DNA of 64,000 nucleotides, taken from the IMG/VR virus record IMGVR_UViG_3300029913_001576; one strand, 5' to 3'. A program made the translations under genes and the position numbers. The notes beneath the pieces were generated by a model. That model made no database searches and was not told the DNA's origin. It was given only the letters and a program-made list of their open reading frames with translations. Positions 10,081 to 20,070 of this stretch are shown here, piece after piece. Source of the DNA: an uncultured virus (IMG/VR IMGVR_UViG_3300029913_001576) (taxonomy: Duplodnaviria; Heunggongvirae; Uroviricota; Caudoviricetes). Position 1 is the first letter of the stretch; each line of letters opens with the position of its first letter.

Positions 10081-10410
10081 CTAGTACCGAAAGTCCCGAA
10101 AAGGGGGCAGTTCAACCCCCTCCTTGGCGACAAGGTGGAACAGGCGGTTCACAAAATGGAAACCCGGACTCACGTACCAAGCCCCACCCTCTCCCTCGAT
10201 CACAGTGGCGACCCGACGCGGCGACGTTTTCGTCAACTCGCGAACAAACAAGTCCTCGGCGTCGAAAGTCTCGTACGCGTGGCCATCCATCTGACGGGAC
10301 GCTGGAGGAACGATGTGGTTCTGCTGGAAAAGCTCAGGCAGGCGGTCCAAGAAGTTCTGACCGTTCAACGTGCGAAAGCGGCGAACAGGGGCGGTGGCGA
10401 CGGCATTCAT
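10081..10410 (-). CDS. phage-type hypothetical protein
   Basis: class-1 motif; GFHFVNR motif. Confidence 0.7.
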   Translation of the reverse strand: MNAVATAPVRRFRTLNGQNFLDRLPELFQQNHIVPPASRQMDGHAYETFDAEDLFVRELTKTSPRRVATVIEGEGGAWYVSPGFHFVNRLFHLVAKEGVELPPFRDFRY

Positions 10411-10721
10411 GTTTCAAGATGGAGCACCCGCACCCGGCGTAATCGAATCAGGCGGCGGCCAGTTAGTACCCGGCCAGTCGTAACCCGCGAAGCGGGCTCA
10501 GGAAGTAGCGGCCGCCTTGAGCGACTGTGCCTTTTGGCGTAACGCGGCCGTCTTCGGGTAGATCGTTACCTTCTCCAAGTGTACCCCCAAATGGCCCCCG
10601 CGAACGTGATAAAAGCCTGGGACGTTCTTGTCGCCTCGTCTGACAGGGAAGTGCTTCTTGAGCCACGAGTCGCGGACGGACGTGGAAGAGTGGACGATAA
10701 CGACGTTCTCAGGGGAGGTGT

Positions 10722-10976
10722 TCATCGAGGCGCAAAGTTGTGACAAGGGGGGCTCGCCCAAAGAACGCCGACTCCGAACTCGCCAAAGTCGAGGGCGGCG
10801 GGGAGGGGAAACGATCCGGACACGTTTGCCGCCGCTATGCGCCTCGCGCTGGCGACCTTTCGGGAGTCGTCCGCAAGGCGGTGATTGCCGGCCGCCGCCT
10901 GCATGACAGCCATCCGCTCATGGAGGGTTGCCGCATTCGCGAGGTGCGAGCGATAGAACTGGTCAAGCTGTGTCAT
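10722..10976 (-). CDS. hypothetical protein ending in a C5-methyltransferase-like WASPPC remnant
   Basis: class-1 motif; VLWASPPC. Confidence 0.5.
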   Translation of the reverse strand: MTQLDQFYRSHLANAATLHERMAVMQAAAGNHRLADDSRKVASARRIAAANVSGSFPLPAALDFGEFGVGVLWASPPCHNFAPR

Positions 10977-10989
10977 GGGTCAAGATGGG

Positions 10990-11325
10990 TCAGCCGAGAA
11001 CTGTCTGGCTCCGCTTGAAATACTCAAAATGCCGGTCGGACTTGTCGATGGCGGGGTCGTATTCCCGCCAGAAGTAGCCCTTGCGGTCCTCGGGCGTCAT
11101 TTCCTCAAGCGACCAAACATAGGTCACGAGCAAGGAATCGGAGGCGCGGTTGTATGCCTCGACCTTTTGCCATCTGCCGTTCGGGCCATCGCGGGACGGG
11201 AGGGCGTCGGCCGCATTCGTCCAACCGTTCTCGCGCTGGGGAGGAGTGCGGCGACACAGGATGCGGAGGCGTGCGAGAACCTTCTCCCTGAGGGGCCGCC
11301 AAGCGTTAGTGAGGCGGGTTCTCAT
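10990..11325 (-). CDS. hypothetical protein
   Basis: class-1 motif. Confidence 0.65.
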   Translation of the reverse strand: MRTRLTNAWRPLREKVLARLRILCRRTPPQRENGWTNAADALPSRDGPNGRWQKVEAYNRASDSLLVTYVWSLEEMTPEDRKGYFWREYDPAIDKSDRHFEYFKRSQTVLG

Positions 11326-11328
11326 GGC

Positions 11329-11628
11329 TCAAGATGGGGAGAGCACTGCCCTCCCGGCGTCGGTGATCCGTCGGGTGTCCCGAAACTCCTCGACAAAGGC
11401 GTTGGTGCGTTCGACCCACCCACGCCGCTCCATCGCACGGATGGTCTGCACGTCGGACCAGACTTCGCTGAGCGGTTGGCCAGGGGCATGGCTCGGTGAA
11501 CCGCGAGCATCAAGGGGAATGTCACCGGAGATCCAGAAGCCCCCTGGGATGCGACGCACCGTGCCATCCGCCGCAACCATCCGGCGAAGGGTGATTATTT
11601 GGGTCGGCGAGGGTTTCGGGGTAGCCAT
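11329..11628 (-). CDS. possible winged-helix protein
   Basis: TIRAMERRGWV...RITDAGR; stop lies inside the next motif. Confidence 0.6.
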   Translation of the reverse strand: MATPKPSPTQIITLRRMVAADGTVRRIPGGFWISGDIPLDARGSPSHAPGQPLSEVWSDVQTIRAMERRGWVERTNAFVEEFRDTRRITDAGRAVLSPS

Positions 11629-11871
11629 GCTCCAAGATGGGGAAGGCTCAACCTGTGGCCGGCGACAGTCGAGTCGCCTTTCGAGCCCGTTTTGCCTCAG
11701 CGGCGGCGATAGTCTCCGCTTCGATGCGCCGGCTTCTTGCCTCCTGCTCGGGCGAAGGTCTCGCATAGGGGCGGCGGCTCGATCCAGATGGGAAGGGATA
11801 GCCGCTGGCGGCAGCAAGACCTGCCATGACGGCAATCGCCACGACTCCTGGGCGGCGCTGGGTGTAAAGGC

Positions 11872-12258
11872 TCACCGTGCGAGAACTCCGTCGGTGGGGC
11901 GAGCGGTAATGGGGGCTACGGCTGCGGAAGTCGCCTTGGCGTGTTCCGCCCGGGCCATGGCAACCGCGTGCGCCACGTGGTTGCGGGCGTCGGGGTGACA
12001 GACGATGCAGTCGGCGTACTTGAGTAGCCCCTCCAGCGAGGAAACAAGCCCGTCGTGGGAGTTGACGGCCACGCAGATGAAATCGGCGTGAGCCTTAACC
12101 GTGGCTGCGCTCAAGCCCTCGACCGCGACCGTGACAGCGGCAGGAGCGCCAATCTCGCCCAGGATGACGCCTGCGCGCTGGCGCGTGTCGGCGGCGGAGC
12201 GCCGCAGGATGAGCCGCATCGGGGGCCAAGGGGCCGGCGTGACTTTTGCAGGTTCCAT
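11872..12258 (-). CDS. TPxPW-family phage-type hypothetical protein
   Basis: TPAPW...FICVAVNSHDGL; class-1 motif. Confidence 0.65.
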   Translation of the reverse strand: MEPAKVTPAPWPPMRLILRRSAADTRQRAGVILGEIGAPAAVTVAVEGLSAATVKAHADFICVAVNSHDGLVSSLEGLLKYADCIVCHPDARNHVAHAVAMARAEHAKATSAAVAPITARPTDGVLAR

Positions 12259-12271
12259 AACCCAAGATGGG

Positions 12272-12700
12272 TTAGCACTTCGGCGCTTCGCCCTGGTAGG
12301 CGCGCCAGAAGAAGTTGAAATCGTTTCGCGACTGAGCGCGTTGCCACCGCGCAATGCAGTTGCCGGGCGTGGCGGCGGCCAACTCGGCTGCCGTGACCCT
12401 GTTCTCTGGGTCATAAAGGAAGTCGGTCCACGCGCTCGGACAGTCCCGGAGGCGTCCGTGGTCGGAAACCTCCGCAATCTCGGAATTGCCACCCAGGCCC
12501 CACATGTCGTCGAAGGCCCAGACGATGGCGAAGTGGCGGCCCGTGATCTCCTTAATTTCGCCCAGTGTGCTAGTGGCGTCGTCATCGGTATGGCCGTTGC
12601 GAAACGTACCGCGGAAAGTTTCAAGCCTGTCCATCTGCTCGTCAGTGATGACGCCGGACGGAGCGGAGCCTGCGAGGGCGGGAAGGGTTGTGGTGCTCAT
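12272..12700 (-). CDS. hypothetical protein
   Basis: class-1 motif. Confidence 0.65.
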   Translation of the reverse strand: MSTTTLPALAGSAPSGVITDEQMDRLETFRGTFRNGHTDDDATSTLGEIKEITGRHFAIVWAFDDMWGLGGNSEIAEVSDHGRLRDCPSAWTDFLYDPENRVTAAELAAATPGNCIARWQRAQSRNDFNFFWRAYQGEAPKC

Positions 12701-12717
12701 GTGGGGCAAGATGGGGC

Positions 12718-13137
12718 TTAGGCCGCCATCAGCATCTCGGGTTCATCAATCCCCCAGATGGCGCGGTAGTCGCGAAGCGCGGCGGTCTGGCAGTCTGCTG
12801 GAAGATCGGCGAACCGGATGCGCGTTCCGAGGTGGTTCTTGCGGCCAAGGGCCGGAGGCCACACGTAACCGCCGCCGGGCCGGATCGTGTCGCACGCCTG
12901 CCCCTCGGTCTCGCCGTGCTGGCAGAAGCCATTCGGCTGGAAGGGCGAACCCCCCATGGCCAGATAGGGGTAGTGATTTGGGGCTCCCTCAAGCCGGAGC
13001 GTGGCCGCCTGCCCTGTGAAAACCACAGTGTAGCGATCAGCGGTCTCGCCCTCGTTGTCGTAAACGCGGACATAGCGGGGAGTAGTGCTCGTCGGGAGGA
13101 AGCGGGCGATGCGGGAAGCAAGGGTGGTCGGGCTCAT
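12718..13137 (-). CDS. phage/plasmid-type hypothetical protein
   Basis: YDNEGETADRYTVV...HLGTRIRFADLP; class-1 motif. Confidence 0.7.
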   Translation of the reverse strand: MSPTTLASRIARFLPTSTTPRYVRVYDNEGETADRYTVVFTGQAATLRLEGAPNHYPYLAMGGSPFQPNGFCQHGETEGQACDTIRPGGGYVWPPALGRKNHLGTRIRFADLPADCQTAALRDYRAIWGIDEPEMLMAA

Positions 13138-13156
13138 ATAGGGCAAGATGGAGCGG

Positions 13157-14218
13157 TTAGAGAGCGAGGAGTGCCTGGCCCTGGGTGGTGTGGGGCGCGG
13201 TCCTGAAAGAGGGATGGGCCGCCAATGCACGAGTGCGCCACGTTCCTGAGACGGCGATCTTCGCGTACTTCTCTGCGTAAACAGACCAGAGTTCGTTTAG
13301 CATGGCGTTCATGGTGAATGCCTCATCGTCGGACGTGTCCTCGTCGCCGCCGCACGACACGAGCCGGGGAAGCATCTCCCGGGCCTTGTCCTCGGAGATA
13401 CCCATGGTCTCTGCAAAGGCGCGAAGGGCTACGGGGTCGTCTGCGTTCAGAAGGGGGGACAGTTCGGTGTGGTCGATTTCCTGCGTGTCGAGTGCCTCCA
13501 GGGCCGCGTCGTGGATCTTCTCGGGCGAGCGACCGATTTCTCCACAGATCGCCCGGAGAACTGTGGCGTCATAGGTGAACCGGGTTGAAGGCGACACCGC
13601 CCTAACGTCGGCCAAGAGAGCCTGGAACCGCTTGTTGTAGGCGGCCCCGAGGAAGTGAACCATGGGCGGATGCGCGGCGCGGACGAACTCCATGACTTCG
13701 TCCGACCCAAGGGCGGCAGCGCACGAGGGAAGCCCTGCGCAGATCGCGTAGGGTGAAAGGATCGACTGGGCCAGGGCGTAGAACTCGGCAATGGGGAGGC
13801 TGCCTTTTTGGAGCGGCACAATGAGCACGGCGCCCGTGTCGCAAATCTCGGTGAGCTGGGATGCGTAGCGCCTCAATAGCTCGATGGTCGCGCCCTGGTC
13901 AGCAATCACGTCCGGGGAAACAGCAAAGAGGCATCCGGGCTGCGCGAGCCTGGCAAGGTCGAGGCAAATACGGATATGCCGGGCAAACTCGGTGTCGCCC
14001 ATGCGCTCACCGCGCCGGAAGGCTCCAAAAGCCCCGGAGTCCACAAACACGTGGCCACCATTAGACAGGTAGTCGGCGGCGACCTTCAGGACATTCCCGG
14101 AGGTGACGGCTAGCGAGATGCCTACCGGTACCCCAGCGCGAACCGCCGCGTGGAAGTCGGCGATGTTTGAGCACCCTGACCTAAAGAAGAGAGGGGCTGT
14201 ATCGGTAGCGGAAGGCAT
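13157..14218 (-). CDS. TGT/DpdA-like (queuine tRNA-ribosyltransferase fold) protein
   Basis: VFVDSGAF, PDVIAD, VHFLG and TYD motifs in TGT-superfamily order. Confidence 0.6.
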   Translation of the reverse strand: MPSATDTAPLFFRSGCSNIADFHAAVRAGVPVGISLAVTSGNVLKVAADYLSNGGHVFVDSGAFGAFRRGERMGDTEFARHIRICLDLARLAQPGCLFAVSPDVIADQGATIELLRRYASQLTEICDTGAVLIVPLQKGSLPIAEFYALAQSILSPYAICAGLPSCAAALGSDEVMEFVRAAHPPMVHFLGAAYNKRFQALLADVRAVSPSTRFTYDATVLRAICGEIGRSPEKIHDAALEALDTQEIDHTELSPLLNADDPVALRAFAETMGISEDKAREMLPRLVSCGGDEDTSDDEAFTMNAMLNELWSVYAEKYAKIAVSGTWRTRALAAHPSFRTAPHTTQGQALLAL

Positions 14219-14236
14219 GCCCCAAGATGGGGCTGA

Positions 14237-14629
14237 CTACGCACGACGGAGCCCGCCAGACGCGACGGGCACCTCGAAGCGGACTGCGTTGGACCGCTCC
14301 AGCACCCCGAAAGCTCCATCAAGGACCTCGTCGTCGATAGGGGTCCATTCTTGCTCGGCAAGCGGGACGTTGCGGAAGGTGCGTGTCGTGCAGGTGAGGG
14401 CTTTCAGGGAGTCCTGAAGGTCATGGTGAATGTTGCACGCATGGACGATGAAGAGGAGGTTAGGAAGAGCCTCCTTCGCGTCACCATGGATAGTGGCGAT
14501 CAACCGGCCATCGGCGGCCAGAATGTCGAAATAGCTTCCGTGGCGCACGTTGGTCCACGGGGTCGGAGCGTGGGTAAACACGGGCGCTCCGAGATGGACG
14601 GGTCGGAAAGGTGAGGGCTTATCGGGCAT
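14237..14629 (-). CDS. TPxPW-family hypothetical protein
   Basis: APTPW...FIVHACNIHHDL; class-1 motif. Confidence 0.65.
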   Translation of the reverse strand: MPDKPSPFRPVHLGAPVFTHAPTPWTNVRHGSYFDILAADGRLIATIHGDAKEALPNLLFIVHACNIHHDLQDSLKALTCTTRTFRNVPLAEQEWTPIDDEVLDGAFGVLERSNAVRFEVPVASGGLRRA

Positions 14630-14646
14630 CGTGCGCCAAGATGGCC

Positions 14647-17076
14647 TCAGGCCGAGGCAGCAAGCTGCTCGGCGGGGGCCGGGGCGGGCATGGGCTCGAC
14701 TGTAGCGTCCTTGATGCGGAGAAGGGTGAGCAGTTCCATCAGATCCTCCTCTGCGTCCTTCTCGCAATACCATGAGGTGCGGATGATGAAGGCGACCTTG
14801 ACGGCAAGGGAGGTGTTCAGGACGCCATCCCGGTAAAGCTTCGTGAGTTCCTTCAAGGAGGCAAGGTACTCGCGGTAGTTGTCGAGGTTCTCCTTTGATC
14901 CAAACATGTCCTCCTTGAGGCGGACCCGGATAGCCTTGCGGAGCGACTTGCCGCTGTCGTTGTCCCCGGAGAGCTTGGCCCAGTCGCCGTTCAGCGTGGC
15001 CCGGAGGTAGTCGAGGAGGGAGGTGTGAGCCGACTCCGTCATGTCTCGGAGGGTCTCGGAAATCTCAACCTGCTCCCCAACGACCGCGAACACCTTCTTG
15101 ATGTCGGCACGCGTCAGCTTGCCGCGAAGATCGCTGATCGCCTCGTGGCGGTGGTACTGCTCCGTGATCGGATCGAAGTCGATGCCGCAGGAAGCTCCGT
15201 TGGCCTCCCCAAGGCTGTCGAGCCACGTGGCGGCGTGTCCGATAAAGAAGGACGCCATCTGCTGCTTGGTCGGGCCGCCCTTCTGGAGGAAGTTGGATAG
15301 TTCCCAGCGGGTGCCAAACACGGCATCCTGGGCGTTGCGTTCAACCTGCTCCATGTACCGGGGAGCCTGCGACCGAAGGACCTCGTAGAAGAGGTGGCGA
15401 CCGTCCGCCATCTGTCGCTCAAACTCGCTCGGGCTGCGAACGCCGATGCACTTGAGCATCGCGCCGCTCATGCCGTTGATGAGTCCCGTCTGGGTGCGGG
15501 TGCCGATGACGGCGGGCTCGTCCGTGACCGCGACGATCAAGCGGTCCGGATTCGACCGGTCGGCGAATACATAGCTCAAGATTTTCGGGAACGCACTTTC
15601 GCCGGTAATCCCCATCCCGAGCATGTGAGCCAAGTTGAGGTCGGCCTGCTCGTCGTCGCAGTGAGCCGCGAACGCTGCGAGCGACATGCCACTCCCCATC
15701 GACTTCGTGAAGTCTCCCGCGAGTTCGCCATAGGCGACAAAGAAGGGGACCGGGTCACCTACGCAACCGTCCGTAAGCCACTGGTAGGCGTCGCTGCGCG
15801 CATCAGCGGGCGTGACCGTGAAAATCCCGTGCCTCTGCCAGCGGCGCTCGATCCACGCGAGCTGCTCGTCAGTCAACTGGCGCTCGCCGGACTCGATCTC
15901 CGCAGCCATCAGGATCACGAGCATGATGTAGCGCTCCGTGAACGTGAACCCCTTCGGGAAAACCTGATTGGGCGTCAGCCCCGTAGCCTTCACGGCGAGC
16001 GGGCGGGCGTGGACAAGGTCCTGGTGGCGATTGATGCGCTGCTGGAGACGATAAGTGAGGCCGTAGCGCTTCTGGTCCTTTTCAGCCAAATTCTTGAGAG
16101 CGTTGTTGACGCTCTTGAGGCATATCTGGCAACCCGAACGAACGCCCGTAAGGAGGTTCGAGCAACCACCGGCGAAGCTGCCATCGGCCGCGCGCTGGAT
16201 CGAGCACTCGGTGGCCTCGACGCCGGGCTTGTCGCCGGCCATGTCGCGGTAGATTTGCTCCAACTCCAGATTGCCCATCGGGCGGTAGGCCGGCATCGCA
16301 TTGTGGACGAAGTCGCGAACGTGGGTGATCGTGAAATGCCCAATGGCATTCAGGCCGATGAAGCGGGGGTCAACCTCGTCCGCGTCACGAGCGGCCATGC
16401 GCGTGAGGCCAAAGGGCATCCCCTCCGAGTATTTGTTCATCGAGGCGCCGCGAGCCGTGCTCTCATCCGAACGTGAGCCGAGGACCTGGATAACGAGGGG
16501 CGCGATCTCCGCCGCACGCTCAACCGCGAGGTCGAGCAGCGATTTCTTAACTCTCGAAACGCACCAATTGCTGATCGAACTGATCGCGATTTTATCGTTG
16601 TTCGCGCGAGGTGGGAGGGCAAGACCGGCCCCAAGAAGCTCGCACATCACCGTATGCTTCGCGTGCGGCGTAACGATCTCAGCCGTGAAGCCGTAGTCAA
16701 CACCCCATTTATTGAGGGCCTCGATCTCATTCTTCTGGCGAATATCTATCGCCGCGAACTCATGCTGCGTCGAAGAGCAGATGGCTGAACCGGTCACGTA
16801 CCGCTTGGAAGCTGCGACGCGGGCGAGGATGCTTTCCGTGAAGTAGTAAAGCGCAGTGCTCGAATCCTTGCCGCCGGAATACATCAGGGCGACCTTCGCG
16901 CCCTCAGGAGCCGCGTCGTGAACCGCCTCATACATCGCCATCGTTAGCGCCACGGCATTCTCGGTAGAGGGGTTGCCATCAAACCGCTCCTTCGCACCGG
17001 ATGCCGCAAGGGATTTGGCATAGGCAGCGACGAACTGCGCGTGCAGGTTGTCGTTGAAGCTGAAGAACAAGTCCAT
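14647..17076 (-). CDS. PAPS-reductase/DndC-like PP-loop protein with long C-terminal extension
   Basis: YSGGKDSS PP-loop; WCVSRVK, LGSRSDESTAR, RSGCQIC motifs as in DndC. Confidence 0.8.
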   Translation of the reverse strand: MDLFFSFNDNLHAQFVAAYAKSLAASGAKERFDGNPSTENAVALTMAMYEAVHDAAPEGAKVALMYSGGKDSSTALYYFTESILARVAASKRYVTGSAICSSTQHEFAAIDIRQKNEIEALNKWGVDYGFTAEIVTPHAKHTVMCELLGAGLALPPRANNDKIAISSISNWCVSRVKKSLLDLAVERAAEIAPLVIQVLGSRSDESTARGASMNKYSEGMPFGLTRMAARDADEVDPRFIGLNAIGHFTITHVRDFVHNAMPAYRPMGNLELEQIYRDMAGDKPGVEATECSIQRAADGSFAGGCSNLLTGVRSGCQICLKSVNNALKNLAEKDQKRYGLTYRLQQRINRHQDLVHARPLAVKATGLTPNQVFPKGFTFTERYIMLVILMAAEIESGERQLTDEQLAWIERRWQRHGIFTVTPADARSDAYQWLTDGCVGDPVPFFVAYGELAGDFTKSMGSGMSLAAFAAHCDDEQADLNLAHMLGMGITGESAFPKILSYVFADRSNPDRLIVAVTDEPAVIGTRTQTGLINGMSGAMLKCIGVRSPSEFERQMADGRHLFYEVLRSQAPRYMEQVERNAQDAVFGTRWELSNFLQKGGPTKQQMASFFIGHAATWLDSLGEANGASCGIDFDPITEQYHRHEAISDLRGKLTRADIKKVFAVVGEQVEISETLRDMTESAHTSLLDYLRATLNGDWAKLSGDNDSGKSLRKAIRVRLKEDMFGSKENLDNYREYLASLKELTKLYRDGVLNTSLAVKVAFIIRTSWYCEKDAEEDLMELLTLLRIKDATVEPMPAPAPAEQLAASA

Positions 17077-17153
17077 GAGCTAAGATGGGGGACCCTTTGG
17101 GGGACACGGTGCAGGGCAACAGATGCCGGCGACCCACCCTTACACCGACCCGA

Positions 17154-17600
17154 TCAGTCCCGGTTAATCTGAATCTTCGTCTTGCCGTCCCGGGTGGCGT
17201 AGGATTTCTCGCCTCCGAAGTCGTGGTGAGGAAGCGTGAACAGGACGCTCTCGCCGCGCTGCGACACATGCCACTCGAACCAGGTGTTCGAGACGGTAAG
17301 CATCCTGTCGGGGTTTGTGCTCGCCCATGCGTAAGCGAGCTGCTGCCAAAGGGTCAGGGGCGAGCGGTGGGACTTGATAAAGTCGTCCATCGAGGTCTGC
17401 TTTGAGACAAGAGAGTTCTTCCCTTCAGCCAGGAGCGCGTCCCACTTAGCGTACCTGTCGTCCACGAGGGTGGCGTAGTGGTTGGCATGAACCCGTACGC
17501 GGTAGCCTTCTGAGGGAAATCCCCGGCGGGTGGCCTCCTCGATCCTGCGAATAGCGGGGTCGAGTCCTGAACCGATGAAGCTGGGGGATGCGGTGTCCAT
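17154..17600 (-). CDS. hypothetical protein
   Basis: class-1 motif. Confidence 0.65.
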   Translation of the reverse strand: MDTASPSFIGSGLDPAIRRIEEATRRGFPSEGYRVRVHANHYATLVDDRYAKWDALLAEGKNSLVSKQTSMDDFIKSHRSPLTLWQQLAYAWASTNPDRMLTVSNTWFEWHVSQRGESVLFTLPHHDFGGEKSYATRDGKTKIQINRD

Positions 17601-17615
17601 TGTGGGTCAAGATGG

Positions 17616-17921
17616 TCAGGCGGCGGTAGCCATGAAGTTCTCAGACTGAAGGCGCCCGATTCCGGAGGGGCGTTTCACCTGGCCCGCCCGGCGTGCAAGA
17701 GCGTAGGCTTCGGTCCTGGACAGGAATCGCCCCGTGGATGAGAGGAACCCGCACGTGTAGAGGTCGGAATCGAGGGGAATCTCAACCCCGGTACGGCTCC
17801 GGTAGTCGCAAACAATATCCGCATGGCATGACGAACCGTGAATGGACCAAACAATGTCGCCGGGAAATATGACCGCTGGGCGGTCAACGTATTCAGCCGA
17901 GGCTGAGAGCAGCGCATTCAC
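17616..17921 (-). CDS. phage-type hypothetical protein
   Basis: GFLSSTGRFLSRTEA...GQ motif; class-1 motif. Confidence 0.7.
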   Translation of the reverse strand: MNALLSASAEYVDRPAVIFPGDIVWSIHGSSCHADIVCDYRSRTGVEIPLDSDLYTCGFLSSTGRFLSRTEAYALARRAGQVKRPSGIGRLQSENFMATAA

Positions 17922-17945
17922 GCCCCAAGATGGGGCAGGAGCGCG

Positions 17946-18599
17946 CTAGCGCTGGACCCACGTGGGCTTGCCATCGAAGTCGAACCCGACGCGCGAGTGC
18001 CCGACGGTCATGCCGTACAGTCGGTGGACTTGGTAGCCGGGCGCTCGTAGCGCCTCCTCAAGGATGCCAACGGCTTTGCCGTATTGCTCCACGTCATAGC
18101 CTCTGTCATCTCGCCGCGAATAATGCTCTGTAACGGGAAGGTTAAACCGGGGCGTGAGCGTGTCGGCCTCCCGAAGGACGGGGGTGTCCACGAAGAGCAT
18201 TCCGCCGGCAAGAAGGGAGTCCTGGCAGAAATGGAAGAGGGCCTCCCAGAACTCGACTGGATATGGCGGGGGCTTCGGCGGATTCTTCGGCGCTCGGCGC
18301 ACGGTGACATCCACCCACTCGTCAACGGTCTCGAACTGGATCTTCAGGGCCGGGAAATCGGCACGCAACTCACTCGCCAATTTGCGGCCATCGGCGATGT
18401 CGCCCTCGCCAGCGGTTTCGTCGCCTACGGACCCGCCGTCCCGGGTGGACATGGAGAATAGCGTCACAGCGTCTTCAAGGTCGAAGCGACCCTTCCGCCC
18501 CTTTCGGCAGGCTTCAAAGCAGGCTGCGTACTGGGCCGCAATCACGGCTTCGCTCGGAGGCGCAGGCGGGGTCCATGTCGGGATGGATGGGGCAGGCAT
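17946..18599 (-). CDS. hypothetical protein
   Basis: class-1 motif. Confidence 0.7.
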   Translation of the reverse strand: MPAPSIPTWTPPAPPSEAVIAAQYAACFEACRKGRKGRFDLEDAVTLFSMSTRDGGSVGDETAGEGDIADGRKLASELRADFPALKIQFETVDEWVDVTVRRAPKNPPKPPPYPVEFWEALFHFCQDSLLAGGMLFVDTPVLREADTLTPRFNLPVTEHYSRRDDRGYDVEQYGKAVGILEEALRAPGYQVHRLYGMTVGHSRVGFDFDGKPTWVQR

Positions 18600-18629
18600 G
18601 CGCCAAGATGGCGTCCCATGCGAGGAGGG

Positions 18630-19277
18630 TTAGGTTTTCGGCCTGTATGGTGCCAACTTCGTTGCCGACTCGGCGATCTTTAGGACCGCTTGGCGGGAAA
18701 GCTCAACCAATGCGAACTGCTTGGCGGCAACCGCGAGTTTCTTTACAGCAAGTTCCTCTGCCGTGGTGGTTTGTCGAGCGGCAATGGACTGCAACTCTGC
18801 CCATGCGGTCGTCACCAGCTGATATTGGGCGTGCATCTCCGCATTGATGGCCGAGATCGACTTGTGCGGCTCGACACCGTTCGCCGATTGCATCCAATCG
18901 TAGAGCTGCGAGACGCCACTGTCTGTCCACGCTGCCATGACGCGGTCCACGGCTCCAGCGCCCTCTCTCGCCAACCGTTGACGCGTCCGAAGATCCGCGA
19001 GGTAGGCGGCGACCTTGCCGGTTGCAGCCTCTTCCTGGACCAACGCTAGAAGCGCTGAGGTGAGCGTCGGAGCAAGGACGCCGCTTCCTCCGCATCCAAA
19101 GCAAAGAGAGTGGGTGCCATTGAAGCTGTAATGCCCTCCCCCGCCGCACCGTTCACAGGTGACGCCGTGGCCCATCTTGGCGAGGCGGGTCCCCACCCGC
19201 TGTTCACGCTTCAGCGTGGTCTTGATCTCAAGAGCCTTGCAGAAAGCGTCGAGGAGAGATGACGGGTTGCTTTCCAT
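18630..19277 (-). CDS. DnaJ-type zinc-finger protein
   Basis: CERCGGGG and CFGCGGSG repeats. Confidence 0.7.
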   Translation of the reverse strand: MESNPSSLLDAFCKALEIKTTLKREQRVGTRLAKMGHGVTCERCGGGGHYSFNGTHSLCFGCGGSGVLAPTLTSALLALVQEEAATGKVAAYLADLRTRQRLAREGAGAVDRVMAAWTDSGVSQLYDWMQSANGVEPHKSISAINAEMHAQYQLVTTAWAELQSIAARQTTTAEELAVKKLAVAAKQFALVELSRQAVLKIAESATKLAPYRPKT

Positions 19278-19309
19278 ACCTGCAAGATGGAGCCCCGATG
19301 GCGTAATCG

Positions 19310-19618
19310 CTAGCCCCCTTTGACCCACGAGACCAGCAGTTGCTCAAGGTTCCCCTTGATGTCTGCACCCCGGGTAAGTTCGGCCCCGAAGTCGGGGTCG
19401 TTCCGGAAACTGCGCAGGAAGCGGTTCTTAAGGTCCTCCTTGAGATTCAACTTCTGACTGATCGTCCCTGAGAAGCCCGCGCGCCAGAAGGCATTGTCGA
19501 GTGCTTCACCAATTGTGGTCTTGAACTGCATCTCCACGAGCGCCTCGGGCGACATCGCGATCACAGTTGGCTGAAGCCGATCATCTTCGGCTTCGAGGGA
19601 AAAGAGGTCCTGTGGCAT
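19310..19618 (-). CDS. hypothetical protein
   Basis: CCATTCTTG variant upstream. Confidence 0.6.
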   Translation of the reverse strand: MPQDLFSLEAEDDRLQPTVIAMSPEALVEMQFKTTIGEALDNAFWRAGFSGTISQKLNLKEDLKNRFLRSFRNDPDFGAELTRGADIKGNLEQLLVSWVKGG

Positions 19619-19633
19619 AACCAAGAATGGCGC

Positions 19634-20047
19634 TCAGAAAGGGACGGGTAGACCCGCCTCCTCAAGCGTCCGCCGAAGAGGAGCGATGAAGTCGTCCTTG
19701 AAGGTTCCGAAATTGATCTCCACGTCGAAGAACTCCCCTGCACCCGACTTCGTCAGGTCGTCGGCAAGGTCCCTGAGGTCCACAAGGTCACGGAACACCT
19801 GCTCCGTCTTCACGGGGGTCCATCCGTGGGTAGGTTGCTTCACGCTGACATGCAGCGCGAACCTGTTGGACCTGTCGTTGTCCTCGGAGAAAGCGATGAT
19901 GCCGGAGTTCAAACCAGCAGACAGAAATATCTGCCAGTAGGTGGCGAGCCCAATGTGCGCCTCGATCATGCGGAGCACCTTGTGGTCATCCATGATGGCG
20001 TTCTTTCGGGCGCAAATGGATGCGGCGGATGTGAGTGTGGTCGGCAT
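19634..20047 (-). CDS. hypothetical protein
   Basis: class-1 motif. Confidence 0.65.
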   Translation of the reverse strand: MPTTLTSAASICARKNAIMDDHKVLRMIEAHIGLATYWQIFLSAGLNSGIIAFSEDNDRSNRFALHVSVKQPTHGWTPVKTEQVFRDLVDLRDLADDLTKSGAGEFFDVEINFGTFKDDFIAPLRRTLEEAGLPVPF

Positions 20048-20070
20048 GAGACAAGATGGGGGCGCTCCCC

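Noticed and set aside
10722..10976. C5 cytosine methyltransferase
   Set aside because: Only WASPPC is present in an 84-aa ORF; other motifs are absent. At most a remnant.
15394..16476. Long plus-strand ORFs (also 22928-23887, 55646-56599) and minus-strand 5041-5838
   Set aside because: Antisense shadows of well-supported genes in high-GC DNA.
14647..17076. Complete dnd phosphorothioation system
   Set aside because: No dndA/B/D/E or ssp genes recognisable in the window.
9214..19179. Two plus-strand CCATCTTG copies (~9214, ~19172)
   Set aside because: Inside coding regions with no start codon 4 nt downstream; chance level.
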